NCBI GenBank assembly: GCA_965213625.1
Contig: CBDBZU010000004.1
Span: forward strand, 3,200,001-3,264,000
DNA length: 64,000 nucleotides
Direction: 5' to 3'
From: a bacterium
GTDB taxonomy: Bacteria > UBA8248
The notes under the pieces are model-generated. The model worked only from the letters and a program-made list of their open reading frames with translations. It was not told the origin of the DNA and searched no databases. Within the stretch, counting starts at the first letter, position 1. Every line of letters begins with the position of its first letter. The translations under genes and the position numbers were made by a program. This document shows, piece by piece, positions 22,774 to 32,302 of this stretch.

Positions 22774-24291
22774 GGTCTGTTGAAAAACCCGGTGTTGGAA
22801 GCGGGCGTTTTGGCGGCTCACGCGGCGGCGGAGAGGCAGCCCAATCGGCGCGTGAGGGCGCCATGTGTGCGCAGACGGCGTCTCCAGGCGGCACAGACCC
22901 TCCAGAGGGCGAATAAACGCGCCGCAAAAGCGGCGGCCAGCCGCTTGAGGTTCACCGCTATCGCCGTCAGGTAGGACTGGATCCTCATGTTCGCAAGGCC
23001 CCGGCGCACCGCCCGCCCCAGTCCGTGCCAACTCTTCGCCTCGCCGTGGTAGCCCTCCGAGCGCCAACGGTGGCGGTCGTAGAGCCGCTTCTCCTCCTCC
23101 CCCCATCGCAAATGGCGACGACGCGCGCGCAACAGCGCCGGATACGCGTTGGGAATCAACACCGCCTTGCTCGTTTGCGACTTCGACAGACAATCGGACC
23201 TGAGCGCGCAGCCCGCGCAATCCCGCGTCTTCGATACATAGGAGCGCCCCCGCTCCGTCGCCTGCCGGGGACGCAGCGTCTTGCCTCCCGGACACTTCAC
23301 CACCTCGTTGCGCGCATCGTAGTGGAACAACTGCAGCGGAACACGGCTCTGGCTGGGTTCCTTCTTCGCTGGTATCAGCGCTTCCACGCCCCGCCGCTCC
23401 AATTCGCCATAAACCTTCGAGTACGCGTAGCCCGAATCCGCCGTCACCATCTCCGGCGCGCGGCCCGACAACTCGCTTACCGCCTCTATATGGGACGCCA
23501 TCATCTCACGCTCGTTCCGCGTCCCCTCCGTCACCGACACGTCGAGAACAACACCCCGCTCATCGTCCACCGCCGCGTGCTGCTTGTAGCTCGGCTCGAA
23601 CCCCGCCCGCGCGCTCTTGCGCGCAAGCCGCGCGTCCGGGTCCGTCCGGCTCACCCGACCCCCGCCACCGCGGCCTCCTCCCTTCTTCTCCCCCTCATCA
23701 TCGACGGGATTCTCCCGAATCACCTTCTCCGCGTGGTGCGCCGCCAGACTCTCCCAGCTCACGTCCGCGCGTATCAACGAGGCGTCCACGTGTACCACTT
23801 CCCCCTTCGCCACATTCGCCTCCAGGCAAGCCTGCACCGTGCGACGGAATATCTCCTTGAACCGAGCCTCCCCCCACCGCTGACGAATCCGCGTCAGGCT
23901 CGAATGATGCGGCAAATCCTCGTGCAGCCCGTACCCGATGAACCACCGGATCGCCAGGTGCGCACGCGCCTCGCGAAGCAGACGCCGGTCGTGTACGTAG
24001 CCCAGCAACATACCCGCCAGCATCAGGCGCAACGCCACCTCCGGGTCGATCCCCGGTCGACCGTTATCCGCGCAATAGCAATCCGCCACCTCCGCGCGAA
24101 GCCAACTCAAATCCAGTACGCGGTCCACGCGCATCAGGACGTGATCCTCGGGGATCAACCGTTCCAGCGAACCGGCCACGAACAAATCCATCTGCTCGCG
24201 CCCCTTGCTGCCTATCATCTCGGGAACTCCCATCTCGGGCGAGATAGTGTCATTACACCCAATCACAATGCCGGGGGTTTTTCAACAGCCC
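22774..24291 (-). mobile_element. IS1182-family insertion sequence, apparently intact
   Basis: 17-bp terminal IRs GGTCTGTTGAAAAACCC / GGGCTGTTGAAAAACCC (16/17 match); direct repeat CGCCTTG at 22767-22773 and 24292-24298 (boundary ambiguous by about 1 nt). Confidence 0.9.
22818..24218 (-). CDS. IS1182-family DDE transposase
   Basis: LIPEDH..GRPGIDP, PHHSSLTRIR, VDAS, SRTDPDA, ADSGY, CP-G/C-x2-C-x4-C zinc knuckle, RSEGYHGEAK. Confidence 0.93.
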   Translation of the reverse strand: MIGSKGREQMDLFVAGSLERLIPEDHVLMRVDRVLDLSWLRAEVADCYCADNGRPGIDPEVALRLMLAGMLLGYVHDRRLLREARAHLAIRWFIGYGLHEDLPHHSSLTRIRQRWGEARFKEIFRRTVQACLEANVAKGEVVHVDASLIRADVSWESLAAHHAEKVIRENPVDDEGEKKGGGRGGGGRVSRTDPDARLARKSARAGFEPSYKQHAAVDDERGVVLDVSVTEGTRNEREMMASHIEAVSELSGRAPEMVTADSGYAYSKVYGELERRGVEALIPAKKEPSQSRVPLQLFHYDARNEVVKCPGGKTLRPRQATERGRSYVSKTRDCAGCALRSDCLSKSQTSKAVLIPNAYPALLRARRRHLRWGEEEKRLYDRHRWRSEGYHGEAKSWHGLGRAVRRGLANMRIQSYLTAIAVNLKRLAAAFAARLFALWRVCAAWRRRLRTHGALTRRLGCLSAAA

Positions 24292-24415
24292 CGCCTTGCA
24301 GGGACACGGTTCCTCTCTGTTCGGTAGGGTCAAACCCTCGATACGGCGCGCAAGCGCGCCTACTCGGAATGAGAATGGATTTTCCTCGCGCGCCGCACGC
24401 GGTTTTCCGGCAGGC

Positions 24416-24931
24416 CTAGGCGAGTTCTTTCGGCAGGACGAAGTCGGTGAGAATCGCCGCGCCTTCTCGCAGCGCGGACCAACGCTCCGCATCGAGCGCG
24501 AACGCGGCCAGGGCGGCGGTCGGGAACTTCTCGCCCATACGTCGGCGCATCAGCTCGGGTCCGCCGCCGCAAATTCTGGCGGCGAGGTCTTCGAGCCCCG
24601 GGTTGTGGGCGATGACCAGGACACAATCAACGGCGCTTTCGACCCGTTTGAGGCGTCTGAGCAGGGTTGCCGTGTCCGCTCCGTAGAGACCACTCTCGAT
24701 GCGCACAACGGCGTCGCGAGCAAGGCCGGGCAACATCAGGGCCAGGGTCTCACGGGTGCGCAGGGCGGCCGAGTACAGGATGAGGTCGGGCAACACGCCG
24801 CCATGCGCAAGATGCCGGGCGATCAGCGGCGCCGCGCGGCGACCGCGTTCGTTCAGAGGGCGATCGAAATCGGACAACCCCGGCTCCGACCATCTCGACT
24901 TGGCATGCCGCAGCAGGAAAAGAGTCTTCAT
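24416..24931 (-). CDS. sixA: Histidine phosphatase, SixA family
   Basis: LLRHAKS, DRPLNERG, SAALRTRET, IAHNPG. Confidence 0.85.
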   Translation of the reverse strand: MKTLFLLRHAKSRWSEPGLSDFDRPLNERGRRAAPLIARHLAHGGVLPDLILYSAALRTRETLALMLPGLARDAVVRIESGLYGADTATLLRRLKRVESAVDCVLVIAHNPGLEDLAARICGGGPELMRRRMGEKFPTAALAAFALDAERWSALREGAAILTDFVLPKELA

Positions 24932-25079
24932 GGCTCCGTCCGTGTCACGATGGTTTTACCCGATGCGGGCCATTGTCCTTCAGGCGGGAAAGAGCGTCAA
25001 TTGCAACGCAGTCAACGACGACGGCACCTCTTGTTCCCGTAAAACCGGACAAAATAAATCAGGGATTTCTCAACAACCC

Positions 25080-25784
25080 CTACTCGCCGAGATAGGCATC
25101 GCGGACGGCGGGCGAATCGCGCAAAACGTCCGGCGCATCGCCCATGATGATCCGCCCCGTCTCCATCACGTAGGCCCAGTCCGAGAAATTGAGGGCCAGG
25201 TGCGCGTTCTGCTCCACGAGAAAAATGCCCGTGCCCTCGTCGCGAATCCGCGCCAGGACTTCGAAGATGGTCTCGATAATCCGGGGCGCGAGGCCCAAGG
25301 AGGGTTCATCGAGCAGGAGAAGTCTGGGCCTCGACATCAGGGCGCGGGCGATGGCCAGCATCTGCTGCTCCCCGCCCGAGAGCGTGCCGCCCCGCTGGGC
25401 GCGCCGCTCGTGGAGCACGGGGAACAGGGAGCAGACGTAATCGAGGTCGTCTTTCACGCCTGCGGCGTCGTTTCTCAAAAATGCGCCCATCTCCAGGTTT
25501 TCGAGCACGGTCAGGAGCGGAAAGATGCGCCTGCCCTCCGGCACCTGGCAAATACCGCGCCTCACGATTTCGTCCGGCTCCTGCGCGTGGATGGCCTCGC
25601 CCTCGAGCAGTATCTCGCCCTGGTTGACGGCGTTGACGCCGCTGATAGCCATCAGGGTGGAGGACTTGCCCGCTCCGTTGCTGCCGATGAGGCAGACGAC
25701 CTGGCCTGCGCGCACCTCCATCGACACGCCCTGTAGCGCATGGATGTGGCCGTAGTAGAAATGGACATCCCTCAGTTCAAGCAT
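25080..25784 (-). CDS. livF: Branched-chain amino acid ABC ATPase
   Basis: GSNGAGKS, PEGRRIF, LSGGEQQMLA, DEPSLGLAP. Confidence 0.93.
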   Translation of the reverse strand: MLELRDVHFYYGHIHALQGVSMEVRAGQVVCLIGSNGAGKSSTLMAISGVNAVNQGEILLEGEAIHAQEPDEIVRRGICQVPEGRRIFPLLTVLENLEMGAFLRNDAAGVKDDLDYVCSLFPVLHERRAQRGGTLSGGEQQMLAIARALMSRPRLLLLDEPSLGLAPRIIETIFEVLARIRDEGTGIFLVEQNAHLALNFSDWAYVMETGRIIMGDAPDVLRDSPAVRDAYLGE

Positions 25785-26553
25785 TGGAGGTTCCCAGATA
25801 GGCTTCCAGCACCTTGGGGTCGCGCCGCACTTCGGCGGGGGTCCCGTCCGCTATCTTTTCCCCATGATCCAAGACGACCACGCGATCCGAGATGCCCATG
25901 ACCACCTTCATGTCGTGTTCGATCAGCAAAATGGTGACGCCGCGATCGCGAATCGCCAGTATCAACTCGTTGAGCACGCCCTTCTCGCTCGGGTTCATGC
26001 CCGCGGCGGGCTCGTCGAGCAGCAAGAGGCTGGGTTCGCTCGCCAGGGCGCGGGCTATCTCGAGCCTTCTCTGATCCCCGTAGGAGAGCGCCTCGGCCAT
26101 CCCCGAGGCGTAGGCGTCGATGCCCGTGAACTCGAGCAGCTCCATGGATTCATCCACAGCCCGGCGCTCCTCCACCACCATGCCGGGGAGCCTGAAAATC
26201 GCGCCGACCGGGCCGGTGCGCATCTTGCAATGGCGTCCGACGAGGACGTTTTCCAGCACCGTCATCCCCCGGAACAGGCGAATGTTCTGGAACGTGCGCG
26301 CGATGCCCCGGCTCGTAACGGCGCTGGGCTTGAGCCCCACGAGATTTTTGCCCTTGAAGATGACGTCGCCCTCGGTGGGCGCGTACAAGCCGGTAACCAC
26401 GTTGAAGGCCGTCGTCTTGCCGGCACCGTTCGGGCCGATGAGGCCGAGCACCTCGCCCTCGTGCACGTTCAGATCCAGAGAATCGAGCGCCACCACGCCG
26501 CCGAAACGCCGCGTGAGCTTTTTCAGCATCAAAAGACGCACGATTGGTTTCAT
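25777..26553 (-). CDS. livG: Branched-chain amino acid ABC ATPase
   Basis: GPNGAGKT, ARTFQNIRLF, DEPAAGMN, AYLG. Confidence 0.93.
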   Translation of the reverse strand: MKPIVRLLMLKKLTRRFGGVVALDSLDLNVHEGEVLGLIGPNGAGKTTAFNVVTGLYAPTEGDVIFKGKNLVGLKPSAVTSRGIARTFQNIRLFRGMTVLENVLVGRHCKMRTGPVGAIFRLPGMVVEERRAVDESMELLEFTGIDAYASGMAEALSYGDQRRLEIARALASEPSLLLLDEPAAGMNPSEKGVLNELILAIRDRGVTILLIEHDMKVVMGISDRVVVLDHGEKIADGTPAEVRRDPKVLEAYLGTSNA

Positions 26554-27731
26554 CTCCCCGCACCCGCCTTGTCTTGAGGTTCGTCCCGTTCGATATGGTG
26601 GCGCCGACCCTTTGCCTGCAGCAGTCCCTGGGGTCTCAGCACCATCATCAACACCATGGCGCCGCCCAGGAGCATGGGCCGGAAAAGCGTGAGTTCCCTG
26701 AGCGCCTCGGGCAGCACGGTGAGGATGAAAGCGCCGAGCATGACGCCCGGAATGCTCGCCATGCCGCCCAGCACCACCATGCACAAGATGATGACGGATT
26801 CAAAAAAAGTGAAACTCTCCGGCGAGATGAACGTCTGCTTCGCGGAGAAGACGACACCCCCGAATCCGGCCCAGGCGGCTCCGAATGCGAAGGCGGAGAG
26901 CTTCGTGTAGACGATGTTGACGCCCATGCACTCGGCCACCGTCTCGTCCTCGCGCATCGCCGCCCAGGCGCGGCCCAGGCGGCTCTTGTCGAGTCGGTTC
27001 ACGATGAAGATGGTGACGATGCACAAGATGACCACGAGGTAGTAGAAGTGCATGGGCTTGTAGAGGCGCATATCGCCCAGATAGGGGCGTCCGATGCCCA
27101 GGATGCCGTTCGGGCCCTGCGTCACGTTGTCCCAGTTGTTGAGAACGAGACGGATGATCTCGCCGAAGCCGAGCGTGACGATGGCGAGATAATCGCCCCG
27201 GAGCCTCAGGACGGGGATACCCAGAATGATACCGAACAGGGCGGAGCAGGCCACGCCTACCCCCAAAGCAGGCCAGAAGGAAAGCCCGTACCAGCTGTTC
27301 AACAGCGCGTAGGAATACGCCCCCACGGCGTAGAAGGCCACATAGCCCAGATCCAGAAGACCGGCGAAGCCGACCACCACGTTCAGCCCCAGGGCGAGCA
27401 TGATATAGATGCCGGTGATGACGAGCACATCGGTGGAGTAACGGTCGAGAATCCAGGGAAGCGCGATGATGAAGAGCAGGAACAGGCTGAAATATCGCTT
27501 GTCGTAGAATTTCTCCTCGATGAAGCCCCAGGAGGTTGTGAACTTCTCCTTCACCAAGACAGCGGGCCCCGCCAGCAAACCGGACTGCACGCTCGCCCGC
27601 GTCGCGTTCACCACGAAGACCACGGCGGCGCAACCCAGTCCTACCCAGAGGCTGTTCTTCCACCCCGCCAGGGGCAGCGCCAGGAAGGCAAACCAAAGGC
27701 CGATGAGCGGCACTCTCGCGTATGCGCTCAT
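26550..27731 (-). CDS. livM: Branched-chain amino acid ABC permease
   Basis: LNVVVGFAGLLDLG, LRGDYLAIVTLGFGEI, RPQGL. Confidence 0.93.
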   Translation of the reverse strand: MSAYARVPLIGLWFAFLALPLAGWKNSLWVGLGCAAVVFVVNATRASVQSGLLAGPAVLVKEKFTTSWGFIEEKFYDKRYFSLFLLFIIALPWILDRYSTDVLVITGIYIMLALGLNVVVGFAGLLDLGYVAFYAVGAYSYALLNSWYGLSFWPALGVGVACSALFGIILGIPVLRLRGDYLAIVTLGFGEIIRLVLNNWDNVTQGPNGILGIGRPYLGDMRLYKPMHFYYLVVILCIVTIFIVNRLDKSRLGRAWAAMREDETVAECMGVNIVYTKLSAFAFGAAWAGFGGVVFSAKQTFISPESFTFFESVIILCMVVLGGMASIPGVMLGAFILTVLPEALRELTLFRPMLLGGAMVLMMVLRPQGLLQAKGRRHHIERDEPQDKAGAGR

Positions 27732-28633
27732 GTCCTGTCCCCCCCGCCCGAGCCGCCCAGTATTCCCTCGGGCCGGAAGATGAGGACGACGACCAGCACC
27801 ATGAACGCGAAGACGTCCTTATAGACCGCGGAGACGTATCCCGCCCAGAAACTCTCCAGAAGCGCCAGCAGAAAGCCGCCCAGGAACGCTCCCGTCACGT
27901 TGCCAATGCCCCCCAGCACGGCGGCGGTGAACGCCTTCATACCCGCCACGAAGCCGATGTGATGGTTCACGATCCCGTAATACATGCCCACCATCACGCC
28001 GGCCACGGCGGCCAGCACGGAGCCGATGGCGAACGTGACCGCGATGACGCGGTTCACGTTCACGCCGACGAGCGAGGCCATCGTCCTGTCCTGGGCGGTG
28101 GCGCGCATGGCCTTACCGAGCTTCGTCTTCTTGATGAAAAGCTGGAGCATCGCCATGAGGCCCAGCGCCAGGATGAGGATGAATATCTGAAGCCCGTTCA
28201 CGTAAGCGCCGAAAAGCTGGAAACTCCCCAGTTCCAGCAGATTGGGAAACGCCTTGTCCCGCGCGCCCTGGACGACCTGCACGTAGTTCTGGAGAAAAAG
28301 ACTCATGCCTATCGCGCTGATGAGCGGGGAGAGCCTCGGCGCGCCCCGCAATGGGCGATAGGCCACGCGCTCCAAAGTGATGCCGTATGCGGCGCAATAG
28401 ACCATCGGGATGAGGAAAACGAGAACGATGCTGAGCGCCAAGCTCGTCTGCGTGAGGCCCATCGTCCCCAGCACCGCCAGGACGGAGATGCCGACGTACG
28501 CGCCAATCATGTAGATTTCGCCGTGGGCGAAATTGATGAGTTGCAGAATCCCGTAGACGAGCGTGTATCCCAGGGCGATCAGGGCATAAACTGCACCGAC
28601 GACAAGGCCGTTCACCAACTGTTGCGCAAACAT
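27728..28633 (-). CDS. livH: Branched-chain amino acid ABC permease
   Basis: YALIALGYTLVYG, NFAHG, KAFTAAVLGGIG, RPEG. Confidence 0.94.
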   Translation of the reverse strand: MFAQQLVNGLVVGAVYALIALGYTLVYGILQLINFAHGEIYMIGAYVGISVLAVLGTMGLTQTSLALSIVLVFLIPMVYCAAYGITLERVAYRPLRGAPRLSPLISAIGMSLFLQNYVQVVQGARDKAFPNLLELGSFQLFGAYVNGLQIFILILALGLMAMLQLFIKKTKLGKAMRATAQDRTMASLVGVNVNRVIAVTFAIGSVLAAVAGVMVGMYYGIVNHHIGFVAGMKAFTAAVLGGIGNVTGAFLGGFLLALLESFWAGYVSAVYKDVFAFMVLVVVLIFRPEGILGGSGGGDRT

Positions 28634-28660
28634 AGAGAAATCTTCACATGGTTACGAGGC

Positions 28661-28690
28661 AAAAAGAAAGGGGAGGCTTTCGCCTCCCCT
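28661..28690 (-). terminator. Intrinsic terminator-like hairpin between livK and livH
   Basis: Perfect stem GGGGAGGC-TTTC-GCCTCCCC followed by TTTCTTTTT on the minus strand. Confidence 0.75.
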
Positions 28691-28718
28691 CCCGCAATTC
28701 AACATGGCAATGCGCGCC

Positions 28719-29843
28719 CTAATTGATCTGAACGAATTTCGCCCCTTTCACCTGCCAGAGCACGTAGGGGCTCTCCAGGACGTCTCCTTTCTTGTTGAAC
28801 TGGAGTTTGCCCAAAGAGGAGTTCCAGGCCTTGCTGCGCAGATGGGCGGCCAGTTTGGACCCCTTGGTGCTGCCCGTGGCCTGGATAGAACTCAGAATCA
28901 TGTTCGTGGCCACATAGCTGTAGATGGTGTAAGCGCCCACTTCCTTGCCGAAGCGCTTGCGGTGCTTTTTGATGACGTTCTGCGCCGCCGCGAGTTTTGT
29001 CTGATCCGGCGTGAACGTGATGTAAGTGCCCTCGGCGGATTTGCCGGCGATCTTGTAGTACTCGTCCGTGACGATGCCGTCGCCGCTCATGAAGTGCGCC
29101 TTCATGCCGAGGCGCTCGCGCATCTGCTTCACCAGAAGGATGGCCTCGGGGTGGATGCCGCCGAAATAAACGAGTTCGGGCTTTTTCTGCTTGGCGGCCG
29201 TCAGCACGGGCGTGTAGTCCTTATCGCCCTGCACGACGCCGCTGTAGAAGACGGGCTTGACGCCTCTTTTTTCCAGGAACCGCTTCGTCTCATCGGCGAG
29301 GCCCTGGCCGTAGGTGGTCTTGTCGTGGAGGATGGCGATGCGCTTCAGTTTCAGCTTATCCACGATGTAATTCGCCGCCACCTCTCCTTGCTGATCGTCG
29401 CGTCCGCAGACGCGGAACACCGTGGAGAAACCCTGCTCGGTGAGCTTGGGGTTCGTGGAAGCCGGCGTGATCTGGACAACGCCCTCCTCCGCATACACGG
29501 TGGACGCCGGGATGGAGACAGAACTGTTGAAATGGCCGACGATGCCGGCGGCGCCCGAGTTCACGAACTTGTGCGCTATCGACACCCCTTCCCTGGGGTC
29601 GTGGCGATCGTCGCCCCAGAGAATATCCACCTTCATCTTCTTTTTGCCGACTTTCACGCCGCCCTTGGCGTTCCACTCCTCCACGGCGAGCGTCGCGCCG
29701 TTTTTGAGCATCTCGCCGAACGCCGCCTGATCGCCCGTGAGCGGACCGGCCACGCCTATCTTGAGCGTCGCGGCGTGAGCGGCGGAACCGAGAAATACGG
29801 CGGCTGTGAGAATGGTCAGTACGGAATACAGCTTCTTGCGCAT
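28719..29843 (-). CDS. livK: Branched-chain amino acid ABC substrate-binding protein
   Basis: Signal peptide, KIGVAGPLTG, GHFNSS, FRVCGRDDQQG, TTYGQGLA. Confidence 0.9.
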   Translation of the reverse strand: MRKKLYSVLTILTAAVFLGSAAHAATLKIGVAGPLTGDQAAFGEMLKNGATLAVEEWNAKGGVKVGKKKMKVDILWGDDRHDPREGVSIAHKFVNSGAAGIVGHFNSSVSIPASTVYAEEGVVQITPASTNPKLTEQGFSTVFRVCGRDDQQGEVAANYIVDKLKLKRIAILHDKTTYGQGLADETKRFLEKRGVKPVFYSGVVQGDKDYTPVLTAAKQKKPELVYFGGIHPEAILLVKQMRERLGMKAHFMSGDGIVTDEYYKIAGKSAEGTYITFTPDQTKLAAAQNVIKKHRKRFGKEVGAYTIYSYVATNMILSSIQATGSTKGSKLAAHLRSKAWNSSLGKLQFNKKGDVLESPYVLWQVKGAKFVQIN

Positions 29844-30034
29844 GTTGAGTCTCCTTCAGGCTACTGGGTGTGTTGAGAACCAAAGGCTCCATGCACGCTA
29901 CAAGGCAACTAGCTTTGCTTCCGGAATTGCCCCCTCGCGGCAATCATGACTATTCCGGCACCATGAAATCCGGTTTTGCAAAAGATACGAAAAGAGAATG
30001 CGCCTTTCAAGATTTTTTTTGATTGGCGCCCTTG

Positions 30035-30601
30035 CTAGGCCGTCTTGACGCGCTCGATGTATTCACCCGTGCGCGTGTCTATCTTCAAGACGTCGCCCTC
30101 ATTCAAAAACAAGGGTACGGTGACCACAGCGCCCGTCTCGAGTTCCGCCTGCTTGGTCGCGCCCGTCGCGGTATCGCCCCGCACGCCGGGTTCGGTATTC
30201 TTGATGGACAACTCGACGAACGTGGGCATCTCGACCGAGATCGCGTCGCCCTTGTGAAAGAGGATGTCGACAATCGTCTCCTCGCGCAGCAGCTTCACGC
30301 TCTCGCCGAGCTTCTCCTCCCCAAGACCTGTCTGGTCGTAGGTTTGCGTGTCCATAAAATAGAAGATGTCGCCGTCGCGGTAGAGATACTGCATCTGTTT
30401 CTGCTCGACCCCGGGGTCGCCGACGGACTCGCCGGAGCGGAACGTCTTTTCCAGAACGCGGCCCGTTTTCAGATTCTTCAGCTTCGTGCGCACGAAAGCC
30501 CCGCCCTTGCCGGGCTTCACGTGCTGGAACTCCACGATGATGAACGGCTCGTTTTCGAGCTCGATCTTGAGGCCATTACGAAAATCACTTGTCGAGGGCA
30601 T
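30035..30601 (-). CDS. efp: Elongation factor P
   Basis: HVKPGKGGAFVRTKL, PGVRGDTA, IDTRTGEY. Confidence 0.98.
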   Translation of the reverse strand: MPSTSDFRNGLKIELENEPFIIVEFQHVKPGKGGAFVRTKLKNLKTGRVLEKTFRSGESVGDPGVEQKQMQYLYRDGDIFYFMDTQTYDQTGLGEEKLGESVKLLREETIVDILFHKGDAISVEMPTFVELSIKNTEPGVRGDTATGATKQAELETGAVVTVPLFLNEGDVLKIDTRTGEYIERVKTA

Positions 30602-30633
30602 CGGTTCAAAAAACCTCCTGATGATGAAAGTAT

Positions 30634-31704
30634 CTACAAAACAACGAGTTCCTTAGGTATAGAACGGGTGAGAACCTCCTTCCCCCGCTCGGTGACGAGA
30701 ACCATATCCTCGATTCTCACACCGCCCCAGCGGGGCAGATAGATGCCGGGCTCCACCGTGACGACCATACCGGGCCTGAGTTCTTCCTTCACGCCGGGAC
30801 CGAGCCTGGGGGCTTCGTGGATATCGAGTCCCACGCCGTGGCCCGTTCCGTGCCCGAAGGCCTCGCCATAGCCGTGGGCCTTTATGACGTCGCGCGCTGC
30901 CTTGTCCACGTCCCCGCAGGAGACGCCCGGCCTCACGGCTTCGAGCGCCGTCATCTGGGCTTCCAGGACGATGTCGTATATCTGCTCGCCCTTGGGCGTC
31001 GGCTTGCCGAGAGAGAACACCCGCGTCGTATCCGCATGGTAGCCCGACATGACGGCGCCGAAATCGATGGTGATGAGGTCGCCTTTTTTGAGTTTGCGAG
31101 CGGAGGCGATGCCGTGCGGCAGGGCGGAGCGCGGGCCCGAGGCGACGATGGAATCGAAAGCGGGGCCGGATGCGCCCCTTCGTCTCATCGCGGTCTCGAG
31201 GTCGAGCGCGACGTCCGATTCGGCGCGTCCGGGGCGGATCGAAGTAGAAATCTCGTGCAACGCCTCCCCGTTCACCCTGGCGCCTCGTTTCAGCTTTCGA
31301 ACCTCGCCCGGGTCCTTGCAGAGCCTTAAAGACTCCACGAGTCCCGAGACGGGTTTCAGGCGCACTCCCTTGATGAGTCTTCTCAACTGCCGATACACCC
31401 CGTGGGCGACGTGCGCCTCCTCGAAGGCGAGCGCCTTCGCCCTCGTTTTTTTCAACTCTTTCGCTATCCCCTGAACCGGGGAGGCGTGTTCGGCGCGGCG
31501 AAAATCGGGCGGCACCTGTTTCGCCGCCTGCGAGCGGTAGCGAAAATCCGTGATGAAGACGGCGCTTCTCGCGGAGATCAGACAGGCCCCGGCCGAGCCG
31601 GTGAAGCCGGTGAGATAGTGGACGTTCTTCCTGTTCGTGACGGCAAGGGCGGAGAGACCCGCACGCCGCATCGCCTTTCTCAAGGCGCTCAGACGCTGCT
31701 TCAT
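30634..31704 (-). CDS. pepP: Xaa-Pro aminopeptidase (M24)
   Basis: YLTGFTGS, TDFRY, IDFG, DTTR, HGTGHGVGLDIHE, TVEPGIY, RIED. Confidence 0.9.
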   Translation of the reverse strand: MKQRLSALRKAMRRAGLSALAVTNRKNVHYLTGFTGSAGACLISARSAVFITDFRYRSQAAKQVPPDFRRAEHASPVQGIAKELKKTRAKALAFEEAHVAHGVYRQLRRLIKGVRLKPVSGLVESLRLCKDPGEVRKLKRGARVNGEALHEISTSIRPGRAESDVALDLETAMRRRGASGPAFDSIVASGPRSALPHGIASARKLKKGDLITIDFGAVMSGYHADTTRVFSLGKPTPKGEQIYDIVLEAQMTALEAVRPGVSCGDVDKAARDVIKAHGYGEAFGHGTGHGVGLDIHEAPRLGPGVKEELRPGMVVTVEPGIYLPRWGGVRIEDMVLVTERGKEVLTRSIPKELVVL

Positions 31705-32198
31705 TCTTCTTCCAAAGGAAACGTCAGCCCCTTGACGTGGAAATTGATGGCCGCGCGCAAGGCCAGGGCGTAGCCCGCCAGGCCGAACCCGATGACGCTT
31801 CCCGCCGCCACGGGCCCGATCATCGAGCGATGCCTGAAATCCTCGCGCTTCATGACGTTTGAGATATGCACCTCGTAGACGGGCAACTCCAGGCCGCCTA
31901 CCGCGTCTCTGAGCGCGACGCTGGTGTGGGTGTACCCTCCCGGATTGAAGACGCAGGCGACGCATTCGCCCGAGGGGGCCGCATCCTGTAGTGGCGGTTT
32001 TGCACCCCCCGCGCGCTGGAGCGCGTCGACGAGTTCTCCCTCGACGTTGGATTGAAAACACTCGAGGTCCACCCCCTCATCCGCCGCCATCTTCGCGAGG
32101 GCCGCCTCGAGCACGGCCAGCGTCGTCTTGCCGTATACCTCGGGTTCGCGGGTACCCAGAAGGTTGAGATTCGGACCGTTCAAAAGCAGTATTCTCAT
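31701..32198 (-). CDS. aroQ: Type II 3-dehydroquinate dehydratase
   Basis: LNGPNLNLLGTREPEVYG, NPGGYTHTS, EVHISN, REDFRH. Confidence 0.96.
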   Translation of the reverse strand: MRILLLNGPNLNLLGTREPEVYGKTTLAVLEAALAKMAADEGVDLECFQSNVEGELVDALQRAGGAKPPLQDAAPSGECVACVFNPGGYTHTSVALRDAVGGLELPVYEVHISNVMKREDFRHRSMIGPVAAGSVIGFGLAGYALALRAAINFHVKGLTFPLEEE

Positions 32199-32302
32199 GT
32201 GCTCACTCAATTAGGGTGCGTCTCAACATATCCGCACAAAATCAGACAGGGATGGTAGAAAACACGGGCGGCGGCGTCAACGAACGAGAGCCGCCGAATC
32301 CG

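Noticed and set aside
23025-24419. 464-aa ORF opposite the transposase
   Set aside because: Antisense shadow; Arg/His/Pro-rich with no domain features
28704-29876. 390-aa ORF opposite livK, and similar long ORFs over livM/livH and dusB/tsaD
   Set aside because: Antisense or alternate-frame ORFs caused by GC3 bias
31970-32020. Short insertion (GGAKPPLQDAAPSG) in AroQ, and similar inserts in TsaD
   Set aside because: Short in-frame loop insertions with catalytic motifs intact; no intein or mobile-element features
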